Notes: generated by a model from the sequence alone, not told the origin. DNA of 64,000 bases from Octopus sinensis (GCF_006345805.1 NC_043023.1:20274001-20338000); one strand, 5' to 3'. Shown: positions 12,111 to 26,784, counted from the first letter of the stretch. Made by a program: numbers and translations.

Positions 12111-13390
12111 TAGTGGTTGTTGTACAGCCTTCAGTTTTACACGACATCATTGTAAGATTCAACAAAGGTTTAACTGTTATTTCTAGCAAATCTGATAACC
12201 CTAACCCTGGTTCCTTTCATTGTTCGGTTGACTGATTCCTACAATTTCTATTCCAGCCAAATTAATTATATAATGTCATACATAATTAATGAGTTCATTA
12301 GGTAATCAATTAATCCTAATATTTGATGAAGTTGTACCAAATTTCTCTGTCTGACCAGTGCAGGAAACATTGATGGAGGGGGTGGGGGTAGTCACTTGTG
12401 TGCTATGTAGAGGGAGAGGCTTCCTTGCGACAACATCACTGAACTGTGGCCATGCTGGAGCACCGCCTTTAGTCGAGCAACTCGACCCTGGGACTTATTC
12501 TTTTGTAAGCCCAGTACTTATTCTATCGGTCTCTTTTGCCGAACCGCTAAGTGACGGGGACGTCACTTGCAGCTTGGAGCAAGGAGGGTACATATATGTG
12601 GTCACCCACCTTGCTAAAAATAACAGTTTGTTGCTACCTTCACTGCTGTATGTCACATTACTGATGCCACAGGCTGACTGGATCACAGCAGGCCTGGATG
12701 AAAGCCTCAACTTCCTGTTATTAATTTGTTTCCGATTGCAGTGGTACCTTGTGTTGTTTTTCCCCTCCCGTGAAAGCACGTGGCTTAGTGCTAGGGTATA
12801 GGGTTCGCGATTGTCAGGTCAGGAGTTCAAATCCTGGCTTCACAACCACTATGTGGATTTGGGCTCAATCTTACTGCACACCACCTTGGACAAGTGTTTT
12901 CTATTCAAGCCCTGGGCTGACCGTAGGCCTTGTAAGTGGGTTTGGGCATGGGACCCCGGCCATGCTGGGGCACCTTTTTCACCTTGGTACTTGTTCTATT
13001 AGTTTTTTTTTGCTGAACCTCTAAGTTACGAGGATGTAAACACACCAAGGCTGGTTGCCAAGCAGTGGTGTGGGACAAACACAGACATCTGATGGGCTTC
13101 TTTCAGTTTCCATCTACCAAATCCACTTGCCCAAGCTGCCATGCAGTGGGACTGAACCCAGAACCATGTGGTTGGGAAGTAAGCTTCTTACCACACAGCC
13201 ACATTGTATGTATATATGTGTGTATATACATCTATCTATCTACCGCTATTCGCACATACAGATTTCCATATACATGTGTCTGTACATCCCTTACATATAC
13301 ACACATACATACACTGCATGTTGCATTAGTACATACTACATATGCATACATATGTGCACATACAAACATATATATATATATATATATATA

Positions 13391-13792
13391 GGTGCAGAAG
13401 TGGCTGTGTGGTAAGTAGCTTGCTTACAAACCACATGGTTCCGGGTTCAGTCCCACTGCGTGGCACCTTGGGCAAGTGTCTTCTGCTATAGCCCCGGGCC
13501 GACCAATGCTGTGTGAGTGGATTTGGTAGACGGAAACTGAAAGAAGCCCGTCGTATATATATATATGTATGTGTGTGTATATGTTTGTGTGTCTGTGTTT
13601 GTCCCCCTAGCATTGCTTGACAACCGATGCTGGTGTGTTTATGTCCCCGTTACTTTGCGGTTCGGCAAAAGAGACCGATAGAATAAGTACTGGGCTTACA
13701 AAAGAATAAGTCCCGGGGTCGAGTTGCTCGATTAAAGGTGGTGCTCCAGCATGGCCGCAGTCAAATGACTGAAACAAGTAAAAGAGTAAAAG
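13391..13792 (+). mobile_element. Family A SINE, full length
   Basis: Collinear with other A copies. Confidence 0.85.
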
Positions 13793-14170
13793 AAAATAAA
13801 GAATACACACACACACACACACATACATGTTTAACCTTTTGAATTTAAATTTGAACTTTAAGCTCTCCCAATATGAACACTGATGTGAATTTAATTTCCA
13901 GGCATTGGCCTCTCTATATATCCGTCTGTCCATCAATCTGCCAAGCTATATATATACACACATATATAGATATATGTCTAGTGTACCCACGTTCGTTATT
14001 GTCTTTGTCGTTTACATTATAATGTGTAATGAAGTTGTAATGCAGGAAACAAGGGAGGGGTGGGGGTCGGTGGGTAGATGGTTGAGGGGAGAGGCCAGAG
14101 TAGTGGATGTATGTAGAAGTTGGTTGATGGGAACTCCGTGTAGACAAAACAATATATCTATGGGTGTATG

Positions 14171-14208
<38 letters not shown>

Positions 14209-14811
14209 GTTGTGTGGTAAGTAGCTTGCTAACCAACCACATGGTTCTGGGTTCAGTCCCACTGCGTGGCATCTTGGGCAAGTGTCTATAGCCCCGGGCC
14301 GACCAATGCCTTGTGAGTGGATTTGGTAGTCGGAAACTGAAAGACTGGCTTCTGTGCCGGTGGCACATAAAAAGCACCATCAATCTGGTTTCAACCCCTG
14401 GATGCCCTTCCTAATACCAACCACTTCACAGATTATGCCAGGTGCTTTTTGTGTGGCGCCAACAGCAGCAGTTGAAGTCAGTGGGTAACTCATGAGACAT
14501 GACCTGCCCCCCGTGCCCCCTCACTGCCTTAGGGTCCGTAATAAGAACAGTAAGAAGCAACCCCAACCACGGGAAAACCAGTTCTTGCTCTTTTTTTTTA
14601 TTCTTTCCCAATCCAACATGATTAAATCTACCAAGAAGGTGAGGTGGTGGTGGTGGTGGAGGTTAAACTTGCCAGGGTTCAGGTTACAGAAATGTGCAAG
14701 AGCCCCACACCACCTAGTTGTGTACTGGAGTCACCGTTTTAAACTCAACCCCTCATCTCAAAATTAATGTCCAAAATGAGAAAGAACTATCTTAATTATT
14801 ATTGAAGACAA

Positions 14812-15190
14812 CGAACTGGCAGAATTATTAGCACATTGGACGAAATGCTTGGCAGAATCGTTAGCACGTCGGGCGAAATGCTAAGCGGTATTTCGTCCGC
14901 CGCTACGTTCTGAGTTCAAATTCCGCCGAGGTCGACTTTGCCTTTCATCCTTTCAGAGTCAATTAAATAAGTACCAATTACGCACTGGGGTCGATGTAAT
15001 CGACTTAATCCGTTTGTCTCTCCTTATTTGTCCCCTCTGTGTTTAGCCCCTTGTGGGCAATAAAGAAATAGGTATTTCATCTGTTGCTATGTTCCGAGTT
15101 CAAATTGCACCAAAGTTGACTTCACCTTTCATCTTTTTGGGGTTAAGCCAAGGATTGGAGTGCCTGTAATTTGTTCCCTCCTCACCTGAA
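14812..15190 (+). mobile_element. Family B SINE plus partial tandem copy
   Basis: B consensus motifs. Confidence 0.7.
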
Positions 15191-15940
15191 ATACTGCTGG
15201 CCCTGGGGCCAAAATTTGAAACCATTTGTTGAAGCAGCAAGTTGGTAGATTGGATTTCGTTTGGGACAAAATGCTATACGGGTGTAATTTGAGGGATGGT
15301 TTGACAGTAGCTGGTAAGGCCAGGGGCCACATTAGGTTCCATCATCTGCCCTGGCATGGCTTCTACAGCTGCATGCCCTTCCTAACACCAACCACTCCAT
15401 AGAGTGTATTGAGTGCCCATCATATATGCATATGATGGGCTTCTTACAGTTTCCACTTACCAAACCTTGCCTGCATCCTGATTCAGGCAGCGGGTTGGGG
15501 TGTCAGGCAGAGTTTAGAAGGATCTGGTGTGAAAGTTAAAAATTGACCCCTTCTGTTCTGATAAAACATTGACTGTCAGAGGAGATTAGTGGAAGATGGC
15601 ATTGAAGTGGGGGGGGGGGAGAAATAGATAAGCGTGTGTGTGTATAGATATATGTATATATCAACAGCTGTGGCATCTTCCCACGAGTATAGCTGGCTGT
15701 GTATACGAGGGTAGGGTGTGTATGTGTATATTTATGCTCGGCCGTATGTGTGTGCATATACATACACACATACATGTATAAACACACATACACATATATA
15801 TAGTTATATAAATATATATATATACATATCTATATCTAAATCTAAATATATATATATATTTAGATATAGATGTGTATATATATATATATATATTTAGATA
15901 TAGATGTGTATATATATATATATTTAGATATAGATATAGA

Positions 15941-15984
<44 letters not shown>

Positions 15985-16204
15985 GTGTGTAATGCATATA
16001 GCTTGGTAGTGTTTCTCAGAATGGTGTGGGAATTAATGGGGGGGGGGGCAGTCTTGTGAAAGTTGACGAAATGTCAGGTGATCTGTGTGTGTGTATCTGT
16101 CTGTGCTTATGTGTATGTGCATTAGATATTTATATATATCTATGTATGTGTGCATGAATATGTGTGTGTATTTGTGTAGATGTATGTAAGCTTACACAGA
16201 CATA

Positions 16205-16411
16205 TTACTCTTTTACTTGTTTCAGTCATTTGACTGCGGCCATGCTGGAGCACCGCCTTTAGTCAAGCAAATCAACCCCGGGACTTATTCGTTTGTAAGC
16301 CCAGTACTTATTCTATCGGTCTCTTTTGCTGAACCGCTAAGTGATGGGGACATAAACCAGCATCGGTTGTCAAGCAATGCTAGGGGGACAAACACAGACA
16401 CACAAACATAT

Positions 16412-16444
<33 letters not shown>

Positions 16445-16607
16445 CGACGGGCTTCTTTCAGTTTCCGTCTACCAAATCCACTCACAAGGCATTGGTCAGC
16501 CCGGGGCTATAGTAGAAGACACTTGCCCAAGATGCCACGCAGTGGGACTGAACCCGCAACCATGTGGTTGGTAAGCAAGCTACTTACCACACAGCCACTC
16601 CTGCGCC
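16205..16607 (-). mobile_element. Family A SINE, full length
   Basis: Collinear with other A copies. Confidence 0.85.
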
Positions 16608-17327
16608 TATGGTAAATTTAACTATTTTTTTCCGTAGATTTAAAAGCGAAACTGGTAAACAGCCTTAATTGATTCTCAACCCTTTTTGTTGTCTCAAAAC
16701 ACCTTAATTAATATCCTGGTTTGTGGCCCCCCCTGTGTGCCCCTAGGGTTAGATATGCCTTTCTTTGCCTCAGCCTCGATTTCATCCGTAATTTATCTGT
16801 GAAAATGTGTAGACCAACATAGTGTCTGTGTGTCCCTTTGTATCCTGTAACTTAGCAGTTTGCCAAATAGTGACTGGTAAAAACAAGTTGCAGACCTTGG
16901 GGGTCAATAAGAAAGAAAACTAAAGCCTTCAAGGGTGTGCTCCAGCATGGCCACAACCCAATAACTGCGGCCATGCTGGAACAGTAGGGTGGTACCTCTC
17001 CTGTATGGAAGGCTGAAGTTAAGTGATGATGATTGAACAGTGGTGGTCAGTGTCCCAGGACTGACCCTTCTGCCCTCGAAGCTTGCTGGCGTTGGGTCCA
17101 AACTCAAACGATTATGTCAGAGTGGAAGATTTTTAAGTGGAAACAGTGACATCAGATCAACACGGATGAAAATCAGAAGGAATAGTTGAACTAGACAAGA
17201 TGGCGGACCTAGTCGGGATTTCATCTTTTGGGACATCGTTCTTCTAGTTTACATACTGACCAACATTGAAAATAATTTTGTTGTCAGCTTAACCCATTTG
17301 CTTGAGAAGACCCTTTCTACTTCGATA

Positions 17328-17726
17328 GGCGCAGGAGTGGCTGTGTGGTAAGTAGCTTGTCTACCAACCACATGGTTCCGGGTTCACTCCCACTGCGTGG
17401 CATCTTGGGCAAGTGTCTTCTACTATAGCCTTGGGCCAACCAATGCCTTGTGAGTGGATTTGGTAGACGGAAACTGAAAGAAGCCTGTCGTATATATGTA
17501 TATATATATAAATATATGCGTGTGTGTGTTTGTCCCCCGAGCATTGCTTGACAACCGATGCTGGTGTGTTTATGTCCCCGTTACTTAGCGGTTTGGCAGA
17601 AGAGACCGATAGAATAAGTACTGGGCTTACAAAAGAATGAGTCCCGGGGTCGAGTTGCTCGATTAAAAGGCGGTGCTCCAGCATGGCCGCAGTCAAATGA
17701 CTGAAACAAGTAAAAGAGTAAAGAGT
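17328..17726 (+). mobile_element. Family A SINE, full length
   Basis: Collinear with other A copies. Confidence 0.85.
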
Positions 17727-18639
17727 GGGCAGAGGTTATTGAAGTAGAGCTGGAAAGAGCAGTGGTAAGGGGCCAAGTTGAGCCCTTCAAAGTTGGATGA
17801 GGTGGACAGCACAGGAAAGGTTTGAGAAAAAACAGGAAAGATGGGTGAACGATTGAAAGTTGCAATGGGGTGGGGGTGAGGAAGGGCTAGAGACAGGGTG
17901 GTGGGTGTAGAAGTGAAGTAGAGGGATGGTCGGAGGCGGATGTCAATAAATGTGGTTTGGGTGGAGAGAGGAGGTGATGACTGGCAGAGTGCAGAAAGGG
18001 TGAAGAGCTGTGACATACATATAAATATATATGTTTATTTATTAGTGCATGAATGCAATAGAATTTTAATTATTAATCAATCAATATATAGATCTGTGTG
18101 GATTCAGTCACCTGTACTTACTAACACCACCACTGCTGCTGCTGCTGCTCTGGCTTTCACTCATCACCACTACCCCTCTCCACCACCACCACACCTTTGT
18201 TTCATTCCAGTTTTTTTTCACAGCCTTGCATCATTACTGTCATCGTCATCATCATCATCATCCTACGAAAACTATCTCTGCTGGTATGGGTTAGCTGGGT
18301 CATCCTGGTCTGAGCTAGTTTCTGCCCTCCTCAAGAGGACCACTTATTATTCATGTGTTTAATTCTAGCCGTAGTTTCTACAACTGGATACCCTTCTAAC
18401 ATCAAACCCTTTACAGAGTGTACCAGATGCTATTCTCTCCCTGGCACTCCCAAGGAGTGACCCTGGCTTTAGCAAGACCAAGGAGTCCTCTCACCCTTTT
18501 GCATTGTCTTTTGCTTGGTTCACCAACTGATTTACAGAGGGCGCTATGTGCTGCTTTAATGTGGAACAAATGCTAGAGAAGGTGTCATCTTCATTGCCAT
18601 AAACAAATGGCAATGATTCTTTGAGTCTTGCAATGTGAT

Positions 18640-18793
18640 TGAGACGCTTAGCGGTATTTCGCCTGTCTTCACGTTCCGAGTTCAAATTCCACCAGTTGAT
18701 TAAATAAGTACCTGTCACATACTGGGGTCAATGTAATCTACTTAATCCCCTCTCCACAAATTTGAGGCTTTCTGCTTGCTTCCAGTAGAAAGG

Positions 18794-18834
<41 letters not shown>

Positions 18835-19450
18835 AGTGACAAGATGGTAGAATTGTTAGCATGCTGGGTGAAATGCTTTGTGGTATTTCACATGTCACTA
18901 CATTCTGAGTTCAAATTCTGCCACGGTCAGCTTTGCCTTTCATCTTGGGAGGGGAAAGGGTTAATCAACTCATCCCCCACCTCCCATAAGCTGCCTGGGT
19001 GGCAAAAATTTTAAATAATAATAATAATCATTATGAAATATTGTTTTCTCCTCTAGACACAAGGCTCAAAAATTTTTTGGTAGCGATGGGGTCCAGTCGA
19101 TTAGATCAACCCCAGTATGCAGCTGGTACTTAATTTATCGACCCTGGAAGGATGAAAGGCAAAGTTGACCGTGGCAGAATTTGAACTCAGAACATAAAGA
19201 CAGACGAAATACTTATTTCTTTACTACCCACAAGGGGCTAAACAAAGAGGGGACAAACAAGGACAGACAAATGGATTAAGTCAATTACATCGACCCCAGT
19301 GCCTAACTGGTACTTAATTTATCGACCCCTGAAAGGATGAAAGGCAAAGTCGACCTGGGCGGAATTTGAACTCAGAACGTAACGGCAGACGAAATACCGT
19401 TGAACATTTCACCTGGGTGTTCTAACGTTCCTTCCAGCTTAAACCGCCTA
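18640..19450. mobile_element. Cluster of family B SINEs and fragments in both orientations
   Basis: Repeated gagttcaaattc and gataaattaagtacc motifs separated by (TTA)n. Confidence 0.7.
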
Positions 19451-19572
19451 AAATCTATGAGGAAATATTCCAAGACTAAACTCCTGATTCCCCACATTTT
19501 CATCCTTTCACTCAGATTCACATTTTCTGTCACAGTTTAGCTTCTAACTGACACCCTGGTTCTACTGATCCC

Positions 19573-19614
<42 letters not shown>

Positions 19615-20463
19615 GTCTATGTGTGTGTATATAAATATATATATATATATATACCCACACACATCTCCAGTTACAAATCACTCTTGGTTTTCATTCCTCC
19701 CCCTTCACTTTATTTAACATCAGTTTCCTCTTTGTGTGTGTATGTGTGTTGCCTGCCTCTGTGTGTGTGTGTGTGTGTTTTACTCTGTTCCCTCCTTCCT
19801 TCTCCCCCCCCCGCATCTCCTCTCCACCCCCCTTTACGGCCCTCTCTCTCTCTCTCTCTCTCTTTTCTCCACCTCACACCACCACCCCCCCTCCCTCCTC
19901 CTCCTCCTCCATCAGTCTGGAGTTTGAGTTTTCAATGTTATCTCTGTGACCTAGAAACAAACTTGTCTGTCTGAAAGGGGGGGAGGGGACTCTGTGTGTG
20001 TGTGTGTGTGTGCGTGCGCGCGTGTGTGTAGAAGGCGACCAGTATGAGTGTGTGTGTGTTTGAGAGGAAGAAACTGTGTATGGAATGAGACTGTGTGTGT
20101 GTGAGAGAGAGAGAGACTGGTACATCTGTGTGTGTGTGTGTGTGTGCGTGTGGAAGGCGACCAGTATGAGACTGTGTGAGAGAGAGAGAGAGAAGGACTG
20201 TGTGTGTGAGAGAGAGAGAGAGAAGGACTGTGTGTGTGTGTTAGTTTCTCTTCTAAGTCTCTTGGGTGAGGAGCTTGTGTGTGTGTGGTGTAAAGTTGAT
20301 TGTGTGCGTACGTGTCTACACCAGTTCCTGTACTAAGTCTGTGTGTGTGTGTGTGCACACAGTTCAGCTGGTGACTAGTGCAAACTAATGTATGTGTGTG
20401 TGTAGGGGTTCTTTGCATATACATAACTTCACACATTGCAATGTGTGTGTGTGTGTGTCTGTA

Positions 20464-20837
20464 TACTCTTTACTCTTTTACTTGTTTCAGTCATTTGACT
20501 GCGGCCATGCTGGAGCACCGCCTTTAGTCAAGCAAATCGACCCCGGGACTTATTCTGTCGGTCTCTTTTGCCGAACCGCTAAGTGACGGGGACATATACA
20601 CACCAACATCGGTTGTCAAGCAATGCTAGGGAGACAAACACACACACACAAACATACATACATATATATATATACGACAGGCTTCTTTCAGTTTCCGTCT
20701 ACCAAATCCACTCACAAGGCATTGGTCGGCCTGAGGCTATAGCAGAAGACACTTGCCCAAGATGCCACGCAGTGGGACTGAACCCAGAACCATGTGGTTG
20801 GTAAGCAAGCTCCTTACCACACAGCCACTCCTGCGCC
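20464..20837 (-). mobile_element. Family A SINE with a small internal deletion
   Basis: Collinear with other A copies. Confidence 0.8.
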
Positions 20838-20899
20838 TGTATGTGTGTACTTGTTTAAATGCGTGTGTCTGTATCTATGTGCGTTTCTATTTGTGTGTG

Positions 20900-21795
20900 T
20901 GTGCTTTTCTACTCTAGGCGCAAGAACCAAAATTTGTGAGGATAGGACCAATCGATTAGATTCACCCCAGTGTGTAACTGGTACTTAATTTAAGGCGGCG
21001 AGCTGGCAGAGACGTTAACAGGCCGGGCGAAATGCTTAGCGGTATTTCGTCTGCTGTTACGTTCTGAGTTCAAATTCCGCCGAGGTCGACTTTGCCTTTC
21101 ATCCTTTCAGGGTCGATTAAATGAGTACCAGTTACGCACTGGGGTCGATATAATTGACTTAATCCGTTTGTCTGTCCTTTCTGTGTTAACCCCTTGTGGG
21201 TAGTAAAGAAATAGGTATTTCGTCTGCCGCTACACTCTGAGTTCAAATTCCATTGAGGTCGACTTTGCCTTTCTATTTTTTTGGGGTCGATTAAATAAGT
21301 ACCAGTTATGCACTGGGGTCGATATAATCAACTTAATCCGTTTGTCTGTCCTTGTTTGTCCACTCTGTGTTTAGCCCCTTGTGGGTAGTAAAGAAATAGG
21401 TACTTAATTTATTGACTCCAAAAGAATGAAAGGTGAAGTCAAACTTGGCGGAATTTGAACTCAGAACGTAAAGACAGACAATAACACCACTAAGCAGCAT
21501 TTCACCCGGTGTGCTAACGTTTCTGCCACCTTGCTGCCTTGTATGTCTATTGTGTATGCGTTTTAAGGCAGCGAGCTGGTGGAGACGTTAGCAGGCCGGG
21601 CGAAATGCTTAGCAGTATTTCGTCTGTCGTTACGTTCTGAGTTCAAATTCCGCTGAGGTCGACTTTGCCTTTCATCCTCCTGGGGTCGATAAATTACGTA
21701 CCAGTTACACACAGGGGTCGATGTAATCGACTTAATCCCTTTGTCTGTCCTTGTTTGTCCCTTCTATGTTTAGCCCCTGTGGGCAGTAAAGAAAT
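20900..21795. mobile_element. Cluster of about five family B SINEs (tandem and inverted)
   Basis: Plus copies at 20992, ~21216 and 21565; minus copies at ~20900-20990 and ~21400-21540. Confidence 0.75.
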
Positions 21796-22315
21796 ATATA
21801 TGTATGCGTTTGTATGTATGTCCGTATACATTGCTTATCTGTGTGACTATATATATATATATATGTATGCTGTATTTGTGTATATGTATTAGTATGTATA
21901 TGTGTGTGTGTATGTATGTTGTTTATCTCCTCTGTGTGTGTATGTCTTATGGTTTGTGAGGTTGGTATAGTGTGTGTGTAAAATTTGTGATGGTGGGGTG
22001 TGTGTTTATATGTGATATTTGATATATGTGTGTAAGCTTTCAACATATAATTAAAATGATGCCTGTGGTTAAGTGTTGTCTTATATAGGCCTGGGTCACT
22101 CTAAACAAGAAGGCTTTTTATGATCAAAAGCAATCCAGCTATGACCATCCCATATTTTTCCCACAGCTGGAAAGAGCCAAGACTATATTTGTCTAATGAG
22201 AGATACAGTGGTGTGGGATTTGAGGGGAATTTGGTTGCTTTTTCGAGCATGTGATGTGACCACATAGAAGCTCCATTTGGTATTGTGTGAATGGAGATGT
22301 TGTTTAGCCCCAGGT

Positions 22316-25300
22316 CAGTCCTGATGTTCCAACTGTGACCATCCCAACTTTTATTCAAACCCATTCCCTGCCAAGTATTCCATTACCAGAATCCATTCCA
22401 TCAGTTTCAGTTCAGTCCTGATGTTCCAACTGTGACCATCCCAACTTTTATTCAAACCCATTCCCTGCCAAGTATTCCATTACCAGAATCCATTCCATCA
22501 GTTTCAGTTCAGTCCTGATGTTCCATCTGTGACCATCCCAACTTTTATTCAAACCCATTCCCTGCCAAGTATTCCATTACCAGAATCCATTCCATTACTT
22601 TCAGTTCAGTCCTGATGTTCCAACTGTGACCATCCCAACTTTTATTCAAACCCATTCCCTGCCAAGTATTCCATTACCAGAATCCATTCCATTAGTTTCA
22701 GTTCAGTCCTGATGTTCCATCTGTGACCATCCCAACTTTTATTCAAACCCATTCCCTGCCAAGTATTCCATTACCAGAATCCATTCCATCAGTTTCAGTT
22801 CAGTCCTGATGTTCCAACTGTGACCATCCCAACTTTTATTCAAACCCATTCCCTGCCAAGTATTCCATTACCAGAATCCATTCCATTAGTTTCAGTTCAG
22901 TCCTGATGTTCCAACTGTGACCATCCCAACTTTTGTTCAAACCCATTCCCTGCCAAGTATTCCATTACCAGAATCCATTCCATTAGTTTCAGTTCAGTCC
23001 TGATGTTCCATCTGTGACCATCCCAACTTTATTCAAACCCATTCCCTGCCAAGTATTCCATTACCAGAATCCATTCCATCAGTTTCAGTTCAGTCCTGAT
23101 GTTCCACTGTGGACCATCCCAACTTTTGTTCAAACCCATTCCCTGCCAAGTATTCCATTACCAGAATCCATTCCATTACTTTCAGTTCAGTCCTGATGTT
23201 CCATCTGTGACCATCCCAACTTTTGTTCAACCCATTCCCTGCCAAGTATTCCATTACCAGAATCCATTCCATTAGTTTCTGTTCAGTCCTGATGTTCCAT
23301 CTGTGACCATCCCAACTTTTATTCAAACCCATTCCCTGCCAAGTATTCCATTACCAGAATCCATTCCATCAGTTTCAGTTCAGTCCTGATGTTCCATCTG
23401 TGACCATCCCAACTTTTGTTCAAACCCATTCCCTGCCAAGTATTCCATTACCAGAATCCATTCCATTAGTTTCAGTTCAGTCCTGATGTTCCATCTGTGA
23501 CCATCCCAACTTTTATTCAAACCCATTCCCTGCCAAGTATTCCATTACCAGAATCCATTCCATTAGTTTCAGTTCAGTCCTGATGTTCCAACTGTGACCA
23601 TCCCAACTTTTATTCAAACCCATCCCTGCCAAGTATTCCATTACCAGAATCCATTCCATTAGTTTCTGTTCAGTCCTGATGTTCCATCTGTGACCATCCC
23701 AACTTTTATTCAAACCCATTCCCTGCCAAGTATTCCATTACCAGAATCCATTCCATCAGCTTCAGTTCAGTCCTGATGTTCCATCTGTGACCATCCCAAC
23801 TTTTGTTCAAACCCATCCCTGCCAAGTATTCCATTACCAGAATCCATTCCATTAGTTTCTGTTCAGTCCTGATGTTCCATCTGTGACCATCCCAACTTTT
23901 GTTCAAACCCATTCCCTGCCAAGTATTCCATTACCAGAATCCATTCCATTAGTTTCAGTTCAGTCTTGATGTTCCATCTGTGACCATCCCAACTTTTGTT
24001 CAAACCCATTCCCTGCCAAGTATTCCATTACCAGAATCCATTCCATCAGTTTCAGTTCAGTCCTGATGTTCCAACTGTGACCATCCCAACTTTTATTCAA
24101 ACCCATTCCCTGCCAAGTATTCCATTACCAGAATCCATTCCATTAGTTTCAGTTCAGTCCTGATGTTCCATCTGTGACCATCCCAACTTTTATTCAAACC
24201 CATTCCCTGCCAAGTATTCCATTACCAGATCCATTCATCAGTTTCAGTTCAGTCCTGATGTTCCTCTGTGACCATCCCAACTTTTATTCAAACCCTTCCC
24301 TGCCAAGTATTCCATTACCAGAATCCATTCCATCAGTTTCAGTTCAGTCCTGATGTTCCTCTGTGACCATCCCAACTTTTTTCAAACCCATTCCCTGCCA
24401 AGTATTCCATTACCAGAATCCATTCCATCAGTTTCAGTTCAGTCCTGATGTTCAACTGTGACCATCCCAACTTTTATTCAAACCCATTCCCTGCCAAGTA
24501 TTCCATTACCAGAATCCATTCCATCAGTTTCAGTTCAGTCTCTGATGTTCCACTGTGACCATCCCAACTTTTATTCAAACCCCTATTCCCTGCCAAGTAT
24601 TCCATTACCAGAATCCATTCCATTAGTTTCAGTTCAGTCCTGATGTTCCAACTGTGACCATCCCAACTTTTATTCAACCCTCCCTGCCAAGTATTCCATT
24701 ACCAGAATCCATTCCATTAGTTTCTGTTCAGTCCTGATGTTCCATCTGTGACCATCCCAACTTTTATTCAAACCCATTCCCTGCCAAGTATTCCATTACC
24801 AGAATCCATTCCATTAGTTTCAGTTCAGTCCTGATGTTCCATCTGTGACCATCCCAACTTTTATTCAAACCCATTCCCTGCCGAGTATTCCATTACCAGA
24901 ATCCATTCCATTAGTTTCAGTTCAGTCCTGATGTTCCATCTGTGACCATCCCAACTTTTGTTCAAACCCATTCCCTGCCAAGTATTCCATTACCAGAATC
25001 CATTCCATTAGTTTCAGTTCAGTCCTGATGTTCCATCTGTGACCATCCCAACTTTTATTCAAACCCATTCCCTGCCGAGTATTCCATTACCAGAATCCAT
25101 TCCATTAGTTTCAGTTCAGTCCTGATGTTCCATCTGTGACCATCCCAACTTTTGTTCAAACCATTCCCTGCCAAGTATTCCATTACCAGAATCCATTCCA
25201 TTATTTTCAGTTCAGTCCTGATGTTCCATCTGTGACCATCCCAACTTTTATTCAAACCCATTCCCTGCCAGTATTCCATTACCAGAATCCATTCCATCGT

Positions 25301-26409
25301 TTCAGTTCAGTCTCCTGATTCCATCTGTGACCATCCCAACTTTTGTTCAAACCCATTCCCTTCCCTGCCAAGTATTCCATTACCAGAATCCATTCCATTA
25401 GTTTCAGTTCAGTCCTGATGTTCCATCTGTGACCATCCCACTTTTGTTCAAACCCATTCCCTGCCAAGTATTCCATTACCAGAATCCATTCCATTAGTTT
25501 CAGTTCAGTCCTGATGTTCCATCTGTGACCATCCCAACTTTTGTTCAAACCCATTCCCTGCCAATTATTCCATTACCAGAATCCATTCCATCAGTTTCAG
25601 TTCAGTCCTGATGTTCCATCTGTGACCATCCCAACTTTTGTTCAAACCCATTCCCTGCCAAGTATTCCATTACCAGAATCCATTCCATTATTTTCAGTTC
25701 AGTCCTGATGTTCCATCTGTGACCATCCCAACTTTTATTCAAACCCATTCCCTGCCAAGTATTCATTAGTTTCAGTTCAGTCCTGATGTTCCATCTGTGA
25801 CCATCCCAACTTTTGTTCAAACCCATTCCCTGCCAAGTATTCCATTACCAGAATCCATTCCATCAGTTTCAGTTCAGTCCTGATTCCATCTGTGACCATC
25901 CCAACTTTTGTTCAAACCCATTCCCTGCCAAGTATTCCATTACCAGAATCCATTCCATTAGTTTCAGTTCAGTCCTGATGTTCCATCTGTGACCATCCCA
26001 ACTTTTATTCAAACCCATTCCCTGCCAAGTATTCCATTACCAGAATCCATTCCATTAGTTTCAGTTCAGTCCTGATGTTCCATCTGTGACCATCCCAACT
26101 TTTGTTCAAACCCATTCCCTGCCAAGTATTCCATTACCAGAATCCATTCCATCAGTTTCAGTTCAGTCCTGATGTTCCATCTGTGACCATCCCAACTTTT
26201 GTTCAAACCCATTCCCTGCCAAGTATTCCATTACCAGAATCCATTCCATTAGTTTCAGTTCAGTCCTGATGTTCCATCTGTGACCATCCCAACTTTTGTT
26301 CAAACCCATTCCCTGCCAAGTATTCCATTACCAGAATCCATTCCATTAGTTTCAGTTCAGTCCTGATGTTCCATCTGTGACCATCCCAACTTTTATTCAA
26401 ACCCATCCC
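22316..26409. repeat. Tandem satellite, 97-bp unit, about 42 copies, in the DAG1 intron
   Basis: Unit cagtcctgatgttccatctgtgaccatcccaacttttattcaaacccattccctgccaagtattccattaccagaatccattccattagtttcagtt; first two starts at 22316 and 22413. Very high identity with scattered small indels. Confidence 0.97.
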
Positions 26410-26784
26410 TTCATGAATAATTGTGTGCCCAGGGGCCAATCCCCAATCTGTTTGCTTATTGTCTTTATAGACACACAGAGGCATGATTGCCACCCCAGCC
26501 CTCTCTGGTGTTCTCATGTCTCTTTCTCCCCCACACACACCTCATTCTCTCTCCCCTCCTCTCTGCCAGTCTGGAGCACTTCATAAGGTTTCCGTAGCAA
26601 GCTTCCAAATTGTCTTCATGACCTGAACTTCATTCTGCAAACTTGTCAACCGTGACCGGCCGTGTTTAACAGGCTGTGTCCAAATCGCTGTTACAACCTT
26701 CTTCTTCAATCTGGAATAACAAAACGTGGCAGGTCAGCTTCTTTAATGTACAATAATAATAATAATAATAATAAAGATATGGAA

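Noticed and set aside
15815-15960. AT-centred palindrome with three tandem copies of tttagatatagatgtg
   Set aside because: Explained by slippage or template switching in a (TA)n tract.
17196-17206. Perfect YY1-like CAAGATGGCGG in the DAG1 intron
   Set aside because: Isolated motif with no promoter context.
22316-26409. CRISPR array or repeat-protein gene (MGLNKSWDGH.. ORFs)
   Set aside because: No unique spacers; the 97-bp period is not a multiple of 3 and stops recur; eukaryotic intron.
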